This document shows, piece by piece, positions 13,125 through 23,865 of a stretch of 64,000 nucleotides of DNA. The stretch lies in assembly GCA_002269645.1 (NCBI GenBank), contig NIVC01001425.1, forward strand, positions 114,666-178,665, read 5' to 3'. Position 1 is the first letter of the stretch. Each line of letters opens with the position of its first letter. The position numbers and the translations under genes were made by a program. The notes under the pieces are model-generated. The model was not told where the DNA came from. It made no database searches and saw nothing but the letters and a program-made list of their open reading frames with translations. The stretch is from Macrostomum lignano. Taxonomy: Eukaryota.

Positions 13125-14812
13125 GTAGGTAGCGATTGAGCCTTTTAATCAACTCTACGAAAACGCATTGCGATGCTACGCCAAAACGCAAATTTCTCTA
13201 TAGAATCTTCATGTATAAAAACTGAACACAGAATTAGTTTTAGTTTCCGCACCGTTCTTGTTATACCGCCATTCTAATTTCAGCTACTAGTTAAGTTAAT
13301 TAATTTTCGCGACAACTGCCGCCACAATATGCATTTATAGGTGAGCCCTATAAATCTACGCTGCATGCTCGACTGTATTAAACTGTTAAACAAGGCAGTT
13401 AGTTGCACCGTGTTGCTAATTCCATTCTTGTTGGAAGCCATGTGAGAGCGTATACTGTGTGCTCTTGGCTCAAAGCCCCACTCGATCGCTTACCCACTCA
13501 CTGTGGCCCCTGTGCAGCATTTCATTCCTTAGTGTAGATTTAGAAAAATGCTACTAAGGTATGAGTTATGCTACATAGTCTTGTGCAGGTTAGTGTAATT
13601 CAATTTTTTCTGGGGGGTGGGTAAAATTTGCTAGAAAAATATATTTCCTTGGCTTGCTGAGTCACTGGCAATTTCTGTACATGTAATTTCTCTTCTCTTC
13701 TCTCAGCTCTTTCTGCTGCTGTGGATTTTTTGGCAACCAATCTAAGAATTGCTATTTTTAGCCCTAAAAATGCAGCTTTAAATACACTGTAAGGAATAAG
13801 TGGCGAGTTTTATTTGGCTTCTTGAAGTCTAGTAAAACCACAGCAAATCAATTCAAATAGAGCCCCTAATATTAAAAAATGCAGACAGCATTAACTGTTA
13901 GCACGGCTAATTTGTTATTGGAGAAAACTGCTGAATGCTCAACTGTTAGCTCCGTACCACGAGACGAATTGGTAAGCTTACAGATACCATAATCCTCGGA
14001 TAGCTCACTTCTTAGCTACATTATTTCTCTTCAAAACGGAGAGCTGACGACCTGTCTGTTGAGTTAGTTGTAAATCTTATTATTATGTCAATATTGATGA
14101 TGGCCTCTGCTATCTGTGAGTTCCTGTTGATGCAGAAATCCAACTTTCTAACTTTCGGGCACTATGAGTTTTGTCCTAAGCCGAATTGAATGGATATTCG
14201 ATATTGAGTATATTACTCAGTTCATTCACTATTCCCTACGCGCACAGCACAGCAGACTTCTTCCATATCGAGGTTTGTTTATGGCCGATCCTACTCCAAA
14301 CCGTATCCAGACCCAGAAAGCTCACTCTTGGCTGGCTTTGAGGTTAGAACTTAGAAGTGACGCCTAAGTAATATACCTCTTTTGCGTCCTGTTTGGTTTT
14401 ATTCATTCAAATTGTTGCGTCGCCGTCATCAGTCTGACGTAGCAGCGTGTCAGAGATTTTCCATAGACAACCCATAAAAAGTTATAGACAAAGCCATGGA
14501 TGATTAGTAACTATTATATCAACCTAATCTTATAAAGTGGAGTCCCTAATTATGCCCTTGGTTGTTATCCCCTATCCCAAGTCCAATTTTTGTCGCTTTT
14601 TTGCCAGACCCAGCATCCTGGTGTCACTGTGAGCAGAATGACGTATCATTTGTGTACGTAGGTTACTCAGGCTCCACTTTAGCTCGTATGAGCTTAAGTC
14701 GACAGTCCCTTTGTCTATGGCTTAAAATTCAATGAGGTCTTTGCTAAACGCTCAAAATTTGCACGTTTATTCTCGAGTGACTTTCATTCAATCGTTCACC
14801 TGCACCCCGCAG

Positions 14813-16276
14813 CGCCATCAGCTGGAGCTGCACCGATCCGAGGTTGATTTGACAGCTGAATTCGCTTCAATTCCATTGGCGTCATTGTCTAGCAAGACTA
14901 CAGTGGCGGCTAATGCCACTGCCCAAGACGATTCCACCGCTATTCCCTACGATTTCAATCGAGTGACGCTGCCGCCAACGCCTGCCAATCCTAGCGGCTA
15001 TTACAATGCTTCAATGATTGACGTGGCCTGTCTTCGATTAACTAACCATCGAAGGCTCAGTCGGCAACGGCGCGACTCGCCCTCGGAATCAACTTCAGTG
15101 ACAGCCTGTCTGGACGCGGCCAGCGCATTTGTAGCCGCGGTCAGTCCTGGTGACAATCGGTCGGATTTCTGGCGCTCAGTTTGGCACAGCGGCGCCAGGG
15201 TGGTTGCCCAGATTGATGATAGCGCCGAAGACTGTTGCCTTGGCAACGAGGATCGTTTAGTCTGCGAGGACGGCTTAGTAGTTCAATTAGTTCCTAGTAG
15301 TCGCAGCGGGGGTTCCGCAGTTCCTAGGCTGGTTCGTCTGACCCAGGCCGGAGTAGGTCGCGAAGTCGGCATTCGACGAAAACATTGTCGCGACGTTTGG
15401 TTGCTTCGCTACGCCGGCGGCTGGACTAGCGATGGCTCCGTGCCAAGCAGCTTGCGCGATTTCCTCAGTGAGTTCTGCAGTAGTAACTAGACTAATTCGA
15501 TATAGTAAGAGTCAGAGAGGCAGTCGTCTACCAGTTTATTCAAGTCTTGTGCTCTTGTGGTGCAGAGCACGTCTGGGTCTCGCGCCACGACGACCCTTTG
15601 GTTCGATCCCGTGCAAGGCCGAATTCGTTCATTCTTTGGTGCTTGTTTGTGCAATTCACAGCTATGAGGGCCGAACCCCCCACCCCAAAGCACAGAGAGT
15701 GTACATGCCTGACGATTAGAAAGTCAGGGCCGCTGTACACCCTGTGTGAGCGTTTGTGTGAGTGCGTGCCTGGGTACAGTATTGGCGCACTTGTGTGTGC
15801 TCAGGAGTCAGCACTGGTTAGATGTATTTCCTTACATTTACGGGTATCCCTTTTTCGTATTGTCCTACGGAACTTAACCCGCAGCTTTCCTAGATGAACT
15901 GGATGCACTCCGTCGTGCGCTTCAACTGCAGCTTCAGGCTGACAGCAACTTGGACGAATCAGCTTCTAGTACGAGTAGCGGCAGAGTGCAGAGCAAAGTG
16001 TTTGACAACGACGTTGCGGAAGAACACGGCGACGTATCGACGCGACGTCAAACTGTCCGGCTGATGCTGCACTGCAGTGACGGCGCCAGCCACTGCGGCC
16101 TGGCCCTGTGCGCCCTGGTGTTCAGGGCCTGCCTGCAGCACAACCTGCCATTCAGCCTGCCAACGCTGCTGTGCGCACTACGCGGTCAGCGAATGCGCCT
16201 AGTAGCGTCGCCTAGGCAGTACCGGTTTGTGTACGACGCAGCGATTGAGTCGCTGGAGGATACACGACTGATTTAA
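14813..16276 (+). CDS. 3' exons (14813-15467, 15894-16276) of a non-receptor tyrosine phosphatase, PTPN14/PTPN21 (Pez)-like, degenerate active site
   Basis: PTP motifs EFASIP, PYDFNRVTL...GYYNASMI, DFWRSVW, HCSDGASHCG, LRGQRMRL..PRQYRFVY. The C-terminus TRLI* matches the Pez-family SRLI end. Splicing CTCA|GTGAGT ... CCTAG|AT keeps frame (DFLNELDALRR). Upstream exons were not found. Confidence 0.75.
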
Positions 16277-16971
16277 CTATTAATTGGCCAATAGTATTCA
16301 TATTGAATATATTTATTGATTTTTCGGATTCTTCTCGTTGTTTTGGGAAGGAGCAGAATGTCATCCACCAAAAGAAGCGGAATCGGTCAACAGGAATTGT
16401 TAAATCTTTATTATCTAAGATGTACGAGCATCCGACAATCCTGTTATTCGTTTTTTTCTACTTACAGTAGAAAAGCGAGAATTGTCAATCTAAAATTGTT
16501 GTTTCGTTTTCGTACTAAAAAATTGAGAATATGATTTTGTTACTTACAAGTGTCTAACACTCGGCTTGTCATTTTGTATGTGTAATCCATTTTTCATTCC
16601 GGTTCAAAATATATATAGTTTATACTCACTAGTTTCTACACGGCTGAGTAACGTTAACATTTTCATTTTCGAATTTGTCTTTAGTAATTGCTATGTGACC
16701 GACGTAAACGTATTTGGCTCTCACAGCTTTTATGAAAAAGCTGTGAAAATTTGAGGTTGTAGATAAAACTTAGAGACAGATTATATTAATGGGCACGGCG
16801 ATTAGATCTAAAGATATCATTTTTATCTTAAAGCTTCCAACTATTAAACTGAATTCCAATATTTCCAGTCTAGTAAACTAAATTTGGACGCTCTCTTCCC
16901 GTTTCCCGCAGCCCAGAACAAAGACAGCCAACTAGCAGAGCCCAGCTAAGCAGTAGTAGACAGCCAGCAGC

Positions 16972-19068
16972 ATGGTGAAGTTATTCGTTGGCGGCCTGTC
17001 GTCACGCGTTGATCCGGCCGAATTAGAGTCCGCTTTCGCCAAATTCGGCCGAGTTGTCTCGTTGGATTTGGTGAAAGATTTTGCATTTGTGGTGATGGAA
17101 GACGAATCGGCTGGTCGGGCAGCTATTGAAGGGCTGGCTGATGCGCAAGTCGGCAACAATCGCATCTATGTGTCCATGGCTAGGGACAAAAAAGAGCGCG
17201 GCTTTGATGCATTCAGAGGCGGCAGAGGTAGCGGCGGTCCTCCGCAGTTTGACGGCGGAGTTGGTCGAGGCCGCGGAGGTCGCGGCGGCGCCGAAGGCTC
17301 CGGCTTTCCCCCAAGTGAAGCAGATTTTGGGGGCTTCCGAGGAGGCGGCGGCCGTGGCCGAGGTGAAGGTGCTGGACGCGGCGGTGGAGGCTTTGGCAGC
17401 GAATTTCGCAGCAGAGGACGGGGCCGAGGCGGTGGCGCAGGCGGGATTGGAGAATCAGTTGGTTTTGACGAATATAATGAAGGCGGCCGCGGAGGCTTCG
17501 GTGGAGAGTTTCGCGGCAGAGGTCGGGGCCGCGGCGATGGAAGCGATTTCCAAGGCGATGCCAGCGCCGGCCGTGGAGGCCTCGGCGGCGACTTTCGCGG
17601 CAGAGGTCGAGGCCGCGGCAGTAGCGGAGGAGGCGATGGAAGCGATTTTCAGGAAGGTGATGCTAGTGGCGGTCGCGGAGGCTTCAGCGCGGACTTTCGC
17701 GGCAGAGGTCGAGGCCGCGGCGGTAGCGCAGGAGGCGGAAGCGACTTCCAGGAAAGTGGCGAAGGTGGTAGCAGCCGCGGAGGCTTTGATGGAGAGTTCC
17801 GCGGCGGAGGTCGGGGCCGCGGTGCAGGCGGTGGCGGAAGCGACTTCCAGGAAGGTGGCGAAGGTGGTAGCAGCCGCGGAGGCTTTGGTGGAGAGTTCCG
17901 CGGCAGAGGTCGAGGCCGCGGTGATGGAAGCGATTTCCAAGAAGGCGATGCCAGTGCCGGCCGTGGAGGCTTCGGCGGCGACTTTCGTGGAAGAGGTCGG
18001 GGCCGCGGCGGTCATAACGAGTTTCAAGACGACGATGCGGCAGTCAGTCGCGGCGGCATCGGCGGAGAATTCCGCGGTCGAGGCGGTCGGGGTCGCGGTG
18101 CAGGCAGCTACATTCCAGAAGGCGATAATCGTGGTGGCGGCTACGGCGGAGAATTCCGTGGCAGAGGTCGCGGCCGCGGCGGTGGGGACGGTGGCAGCTT
18201 TGAGTACGCTGATTACACTGAAGGCGACGTACCTGGCAGCCGGGGCGGCTACCGCGGCAGAGGACGAGGGCGTGGCAGAGGCGGATTCGGGGGCTTCAGT
18301 GAATTTCCAGAAGGCTACGGAGGAGAATTTCACGGCAGAGGGCGCGGCCGCGGCGGAGGAGACGGAGGCTACCGCGACTATCAAGAAAGCGACGGATCGC
18401 GCGGCCACAGAGGTCGTAGAGGTAGAGGCGGTCGAGGCGGTGGCTTCGACGAGTTCCGGGACACCAGTGGCGGGTTTGACTACTATCGGAGTGATTTTCC
18501 GCCACAAGATGTTGACGGCTTCAACGTTGGCGACCCGAGTCGTGGACGTGCCGGTCCCGCTGGCTACGAAAAACTCCGCGGCGGTCATGTTCACGAATTT
18601 GAAGACGAATATCGTGGTCACACTGGCCTTGGCGAGTTTCGCGGTGGCAGCATGGAGGGACCCGGACCCGGATATGGCGGCTACGATGAAGAATTTCATG
18701 ACGCTGGCGGCGGCTACCCTGCAGCAGATTCGGAACACTTTGGTGATCGCAGCTTTGACGGTAGCGGCTATATGGAGCAGCCGTATCGGCAGGCAGGGCC
18801 GCCGCCGACGCAAGCTGCACTGCCTCCACCTGCGGCGCCATCGACTGATCAGGACTACCGTTTTGAACGAGCGCCTCCAATTCCTCGGCCAGCTGCGTTT
18901 AACACCGCTGCTGAGCCAGCTGCTGCGGCTGAACAGACCGAGTCAGTTTACTGTAGCATTGATCATCACGGCTACTGCCGGGACCCCAGCGTGAGACCGC
19001 CGCCCGAGTATTATCTGCAGCGCAGCCATCCCTACGATAAGCGGGTTGGACGCGGAATTTGGGGCTAA
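16972..19068 (+). CDS. Single-exon RNA-binding protein: N-terminal RRM (RBM4/lark-like) plus long RGG/FGG repeat region, 698 aa
   Basis: RNP2 KLFVGGL and RNP1 KDFAFVVM; more than 10 repeats resembling SDFQEGDASAGRGGFGGEFRGRGRGRG; C-terminal RSHPY. Confidence 0.88.
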   Translation: MVKLFVGGLSSRVDPAELESAFAKFGRVVSLDLVKDFAFVVMEDESAGRAAIEGLADAQVGNNRIYVSMARDKKERGFDAFRGGRGSGGPPQFDGGVGRGRGGRGGAEGSGFPPSEADFGGFRGGGGRGRGEGAGRGGGGFGSEFRSRGRGRGGGAGGIGESVGFDEYNEGGRGGFGGEFRGRGRGRGDGSDFQGDASAGRGGLGGDFRGRGRGRGSSGGGDGSDFQEGDASGGRGGFSADFRGRGRGRGGSAGGGSDFQESGEGGSSRGGFDGEFRGGGRGRGAGGGGSDFQEGGEGGSSRGGFGGEFRGRGRGRGDGSDFQEGDASAGRGGFGGDFRGRGRGRGGHNEFQDDDAAVSRGGIGGEFRGRGGRGRGAGSYIPEGDNRGGGYGGEFRGRGRGRGGGDGGSFEYADYTEGDVPGSRGGYRGRGRGRGRGGFGGFSEFPEGYGGEFHGRGRGRGGGDGGYRDYQESDGSRGHRGRRGRGGRGGGFDEFRDTSGGFDYYRSDFPPQDVDGFNVGDPSRGRAGPAGYEKLRGGHVHEFEDEYRGHTGLGEFRGGSMEGPGPGYGGYDEEFHDAGGGYPAADSEHFGDRSFDGSGYMEQPYRQAGPPPTQAALPPPAAPSTDQDYRFERAPPIPRPAAFNTAAEPAAAAEQTESVYCSIDHHGYCRDPSVRPPPEYYLQRSHPYDKRVGRGIWG

Positions 19069-19916
19069 GTCTGGCCCTTGGCAGTGAAATCGCTAGCATT
19101 TTTCAGTCCGTTAATGCTGAGTTGTCAGTAGTATGTGTATACCAGTTTTATCACGCGTGTATTAAATCAGTTCCATTGTATGAAATGAATTTGCTCGGCA
19201 TTTTTATATCTTGTCATGCATTATGCACTATCGTTGGTCTGGAAAAGTACAATGTGTACAGACATTACAATGGCTGCTTTTTGGTAGTTAAAATGATTCA
19301 ATTTATAGTTTGTTTCGATTTTTTTCTTTTAAGTACGAGTGTAGCTAGTAGCACTGTACAAGCTAGTCGTTCTCTGAGTCAATATCGAGTGCTTGTATCC
19401 AGATCACTGAACGCAAGTAGGCTGTTTTATCACGCAAGAAAAAGTATCTAAAAAATCTGTTTTTAATTGCTTTAGAGTGCGAACAAAATAGTAAAGAGCA
19501 ACGATCTGAAAATAAATACGAGTATAACAAAATAATTTAGAATAACACGAATCCAGTATTAAAATTGTCCAAACTCGTACTTAACGTAGACTAGCAAACA
19601 GTCCTTAAAACCGATTCCGGCTATTGTCTATAACCGGGTCCTATCGAAAGTATTCACGATCCTTTCTTTGTCCGCCGGACTGATTTTAGCGTATGGTCCT
19701 CTCTGCGCATTTTCTTTAATTTAGCCATGCCTTCCGGCTTTGGCCAAAACTGTTCACAGTTTAAAAAACCGAACTGATTTCTGTTGTCTATGGTTTTCTA
19801 AGGTTTTTTCTATGGAAAATCTGTGCTGACGGCCACGCAACCAATTAGATGAAGTAAAGGCCTAATAGAACGCTGTTTTTTACAGCGCTATATGGGGTTT
19901 CACCATAAGGCATTCA

Positions 19917-19988
19917 GGGCCGTAGCCCAGTGGTCCAGCGCAGCTCTCTCGTGCTCTCATGGCCCAGGCTCGATTCCAATTGCAGTCG
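19917..19988 (+). other. tRNA-like head (tRNA pseudogene or SINE 5' part)
   Basis: A-box-like TAGCCCAGTGG (19923-19933) and imperfect B-box GGCTCGATTCC (19967-19977); no convincing cloverleaf. Confidence 0.35.
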
Positions 19989-20352
19989 AGCTTCTTCCCT
20001 TTCATTTTTAAGGACTAAAAGAACTAAGACAATGAAAACAGCCTGAGTGGGACAAGCAAATGGGGCCCCACTAGTTAATATTGAATTTTCAAAGATTTTG
20101 CTTGCAAAGTTGCTTTAATTAGATGACAAATCTGTCGCGGCGCTTGGAACTTTTTTTATTACACGAGCGTGATCGCTGCATTGCTATATTTTTCCTCTTT
20201 TTGTGCTTTGGTTTCAGCTCGTAGGGAGGGACTTGTCACAGGGGGAGCGAAGGGGGTTGACGGGGACAGTAGTGCAAGCGCGCGCGTCAAATTTCAGTCA
20301 ATTCTGCCTCGTTCATAGCCAATTAGGCTTTATTGCCGCAGTTGACTTTAGT

Positions 20353-20784
20353 TTAGGACTGCTCGATCGACTGCATCGGAAAGTCCTGCTGATCGGAGGG
20401 ACGCAGGCCGATGCTCGGATAGACCGGCTTATCAAAGCAGGCGTAGTGGCCGTTAGATGACTGCTGGCAGCACTCGGCGAACTTGTCCTGGTCGAACAGC
20501 GTCTCTGTCGATCGGCTGTGCGACATGAACTCGTACCAGGCGCACACCAGGCAGCTGTTGAATATGGCAGGACCGTGCTCCGGGTCGGCGCAGGCGCCAA
20601 CCATTTCCAGGCGGTTGACGCCGATGCCTGGCTTCGGTGTCGGCTGGGTGGCGGCGTCGATCGGGTACTGCGTAGGGAAGACGTCGTCATCGAAATACGG
20701 CAGCTTCAGGGAGGCGGCCGAGGTGCCGAAAACCAGGCCGGTAGCCAAAACGCCTAGGCAGGTCACTAGGCTTAGGTAGGACAT
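20353..20784 (-). CDS. Secreted cysteine-rich protein or prohormone-like precursor, 143 aa
   Basis: ATG start, hydrophobic signal peptide (~aa 1-23), acidic spacer, then C-x12-C-x2-C-x23-CC-x9-C; GC-rich codons against an AT-rich flank. Confidence 0.75.
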   Translation of the reverse strand: MSYLSLVTCLGVLATGLVFGTSAASLKLPYFDDDVFPTQYPIDAATQPTPKPGIGVNRLEMVGACADPEHGPAIFNSCLVCAWYEFMSHSRSTETLFDQDKFAECCQQSSNGHYACFDKPVYPSIGLRPSDQQDFPMQSIEQS

Positions 20785-22528
20785 TGTGCTTATCAGTTTG
20801 AATGTTAAAGAGACTTTTAGAAGTTCAAACTGCGCTCTGAAGTTTTGCTGCTGAGGCTGAGGAAGCAGACTTGTATTTATAGACTTTTCCCGTTTATCTG
20901 CCGCCTACCCGCTTCCCTACGCAAACAGGCGACAATTGGCTGCTCGATCATATTGGCTGTGCAAAAAAGACGCGGTTCGACTGCCGCGGTCTGACTTGGG
21001 GCGTTTCTGAGATCGGAAAGAAAGCAGAAAGAAGGAATCCTATCTGGCCCTTACTCAGAAATCCTGCCATTTTTCTGCTAGTATTTTAAGCAATTGTTTA
21101 TTATTGTACAAAACTGTTTGAATTAGAGTTTGAGCCCCATCTTACATGTGACTTCGTTGTGAATCGTTGATAAAAAAGTATCTGAATGCAAAAATCAGTT
21201 CGAAGGACTCGTAAAGGAAATCACGAGAGAATTGCGAAATAGTGAATCTCTGAAAGAAGGAATCCGAAAAGAAATTTAGAATTAAACTTGTGACTTAATA
21301 GAAAGTTTAGTATAGTTATTTTAGTATAATGGATTACCGCTATGAAATGAGTTGCACTTTCAACCCTAGCTTTACAGTTACCCATGACCACGGGCGTATG
21401 TTCTTTTGGTAAAATTTAAGTAATTATGCATTGCGTCATGCGAATGTCACGCAACATTGCTGCTCTAGATAGTGCCAAAAAACGAGCGAAAAAGAATATC
21501 GAGCAGCGTGACTCACGATCAGCCTCAGTTACAGCGCTTGTTAAGTTATAAAATATAAAAAATAATCGCCTGATACGAGGAGATTCTGTGTATGTAATCC
21601 ACGGCATGTGCGACTCTGGCGGATAATGGCTTATCTCGGCTATCCATGTCTATCCATCTCTTTGGTTTGTCTATGGTAGCAGAGTTACGCTACTGATTAT
21701 CAACGCTCATTTAACACTGGGGGAATAGACGAGGCGCACAGACAAAGTCGATTACGAGTACATTCAAATTTAAACAATGTTGTCTTTGGCCATGAAGTCG
21801 GCTTCAAGACTTTTTTCTTGATTCTCTTGACTACCGGTGGTTGGGATTGCTTGCTGGGAACAACCATGGACAAGATAGTCTATTTTCGAACATTCCATTC
21901 ATCTGTTGACGCAATGATTCCCGCGGAAAGGGTGGACACTGTTGCCGAGTATATTTAATCTTACATGTAGGCATCGCACAGCCTGCAGAAACTCCCGAAA
22001 GTTGTCTATGGCCGCAAAGATTAAAGTTACTTGTCTGTGTCTAAAGTATTGCCAGTTTGGAAAAGTTAGTGACAATATTATATGGAAAACACTGCGCCTC
22101 TGGACTCCTTGGAGTTTTTTATTCCGACGAAGAGAAGCACGAAGGAGTGCGACGCTTTAAGATGATCAAAAATGAAGACATTGGAAGAGAGCTGCTGCTA
22201 AGACTACAACATCGGATGTTGAAATTGTGTCCAACAATCCATCAGTCATAGAAGCCTAGTGGCTCCGGACGCCAATGAAAGCGACTCTGGCTGTGGATGC
22301 TTCAGACTGGCTCCCGAAGCCAAGGAAACGGCTCTGGTGCCTGTCGTTGGTCAATGGGTTGGAGTTTATGTTTCGGAACGCGCGTATGTGAATATTATAT
22401 TGCTATCATAGTCTATGAGCATTCCTTTTTGCCCCTCTCAGTCTCTTTTGCTCAAATAACCGAAGTGCTGTTAACAGATGAAGAAAAAATATATCGTATC
22501 ATTTTGTAGGTGTTTTTAGAGGTATACC

Positions 22529-23146
22529 CATAGATCTTATATTCCCTAGATAGGCCACTCTCAGTGCATTCAATAGGAAAAGACCGACCACGAAAATTGC
22601 AAGAAAAATAGAATTAAGCCGACAGCGTTTAAGACAAGTCTGAGGTCAGTAGCTTAAAGGGACATGACATATTTCTTTCGTGGTTACAAAAATATTCGCA
22701 ACAGACACAAAGTTCGCTGGTCCTCGCGTCCTTGCGCTTTGCTATCAAACAAATGGGCGGAAGAGCGCTGAATTCGAGGGCTGCCGTGTTCGGGGATGCA
22801 GCGCACATAGCTCGTAAATTGCCGCCACCAACAAGTAATGGAGTCAACATGTCGCTGCACAACTTCCCTAGGAGTGACTCTGCTGCCCAGAAGTGGATTG
22901 AATCGTTAAGCGGCCCTAAGTCGTCCTTTAAGTCATAGGAGTCAGGCATAGCCTTTTTTCGGAACAAGGACTACACGGACTGCAATTATGGCTTGCGCCT
23001 GCCGTCTAAATATACCTTTAAAAACCCCTAAGACGCACACAAGCTACTAACCTGATACCGTGGTCGCAAAATCTTCAAGAAAGACGAAGGCTCTATGGGT
23101 GTGCTTGTGGTCGTGAGTGGCTTATCTAGGGAATATAAGATCTATG
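22529..23146. mobile_element. P-element-like MITE (618 bp) with THAP-like fragment
   Basis: 32-bp TIR CATAGATCTTATATTCCCTAGATA(G/A)GCCACTC, flanked on both sides by GGTATACC. This is an 8-bp TSD, but it is palindromic and could be part of the TIR. The internal plus-strand frame has SLHNFPRSDSAAQKW (THAP-like). Confidence 0.7.
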
Positions 23147-23204
23147 GGTATACCAATCGAGCCTAATGTCTATGGCCAAACCACACCGAACAAAAAACTT
23201 TATT

Positions 23205-23470
23205 TAATACGACTTCAGCGTTTCGTCAAATTGTATAAGATCCATCTCATTGAGCAGGTCTCGATCCTGATCCAGATCCTGACCGAGTAAAATCTCGGGT
23301 TCGTTCACATCTAATTGAGCCAGATCGTCGAACATACTGAGCATGGTTGACTCGCGCTGAATACTCGTACGCTCGCCAATCTCAGCCGAGGAGGCGCCGC
23401 GACAACGTCTCCTTCTGACATGTGTAGTAGGCCAATTCGTTCACCAGATGCCGCGTCGTAGATCCCGACT
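23205..23470 (-). pseudogene. N-terminal fragment of a Crypton YR of the same lineage as the 26156 copy, inverted
   Basis: The minus strand translates (one frameshift) to IYDAASGERIGLLHMSEGDVV...AEIGERTSIQRE...DDLAQLD...LLNEMDLIQFD. This matches IYESSTGVPIGLLHMSQGDVV...TEISERIQRE...DDLAQLD...LLNEMDLMQFD at 26156. Confidence 0.8.
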
Positions 23471-23865
23471 ATGAGCTTTGGTATACACGATCGTTAAAAT
23501 TAAGACAATACTAGAATGAAAATACGGCTCGTAATTCCACTAAGGCCGCTCAACACCAAGTTTAGATCATAGATATTTCGAGCGTGCATTAATGGTTGGT
23601 TATTCGTAAGTGAGACTTTAGGATAATAGTCCGGCTCATGAGTGCGCGCCCGCATTGTCGAATTTCAGTGGGGCCATAGACAAAAAGGGCATCGAATGGA
23701 GAGAGGGGTTACCGAGGAGAGAGAGACATAAAGACTGAGGTGGTTTACTGGAGTTTGGGCCATAGACAACGAAGTTGCAAACAGGCTGGGGGTTAAGAGG
23801 GTGGAAAGGAAGGAGATGTGGAGAGAAAGAGAGAATAAAACGTAAATAGCTACATTCGCTTGGCC

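Noticed and set aside
17126-18994. Overlapping 622-aa (+, other frame) and 452-aa (-) Ala-rich ORFs
   Set aside because: Shadow frames of the GC-rich Gly/Arg repeat coding sequence; only the 16972 frame has an RRM.
19917-19988. Functional tRNA gene
   Set aside because: The B-box is imperfect and no acceptor or anticodon stems could be folded; kept only as a tRNA-like head.
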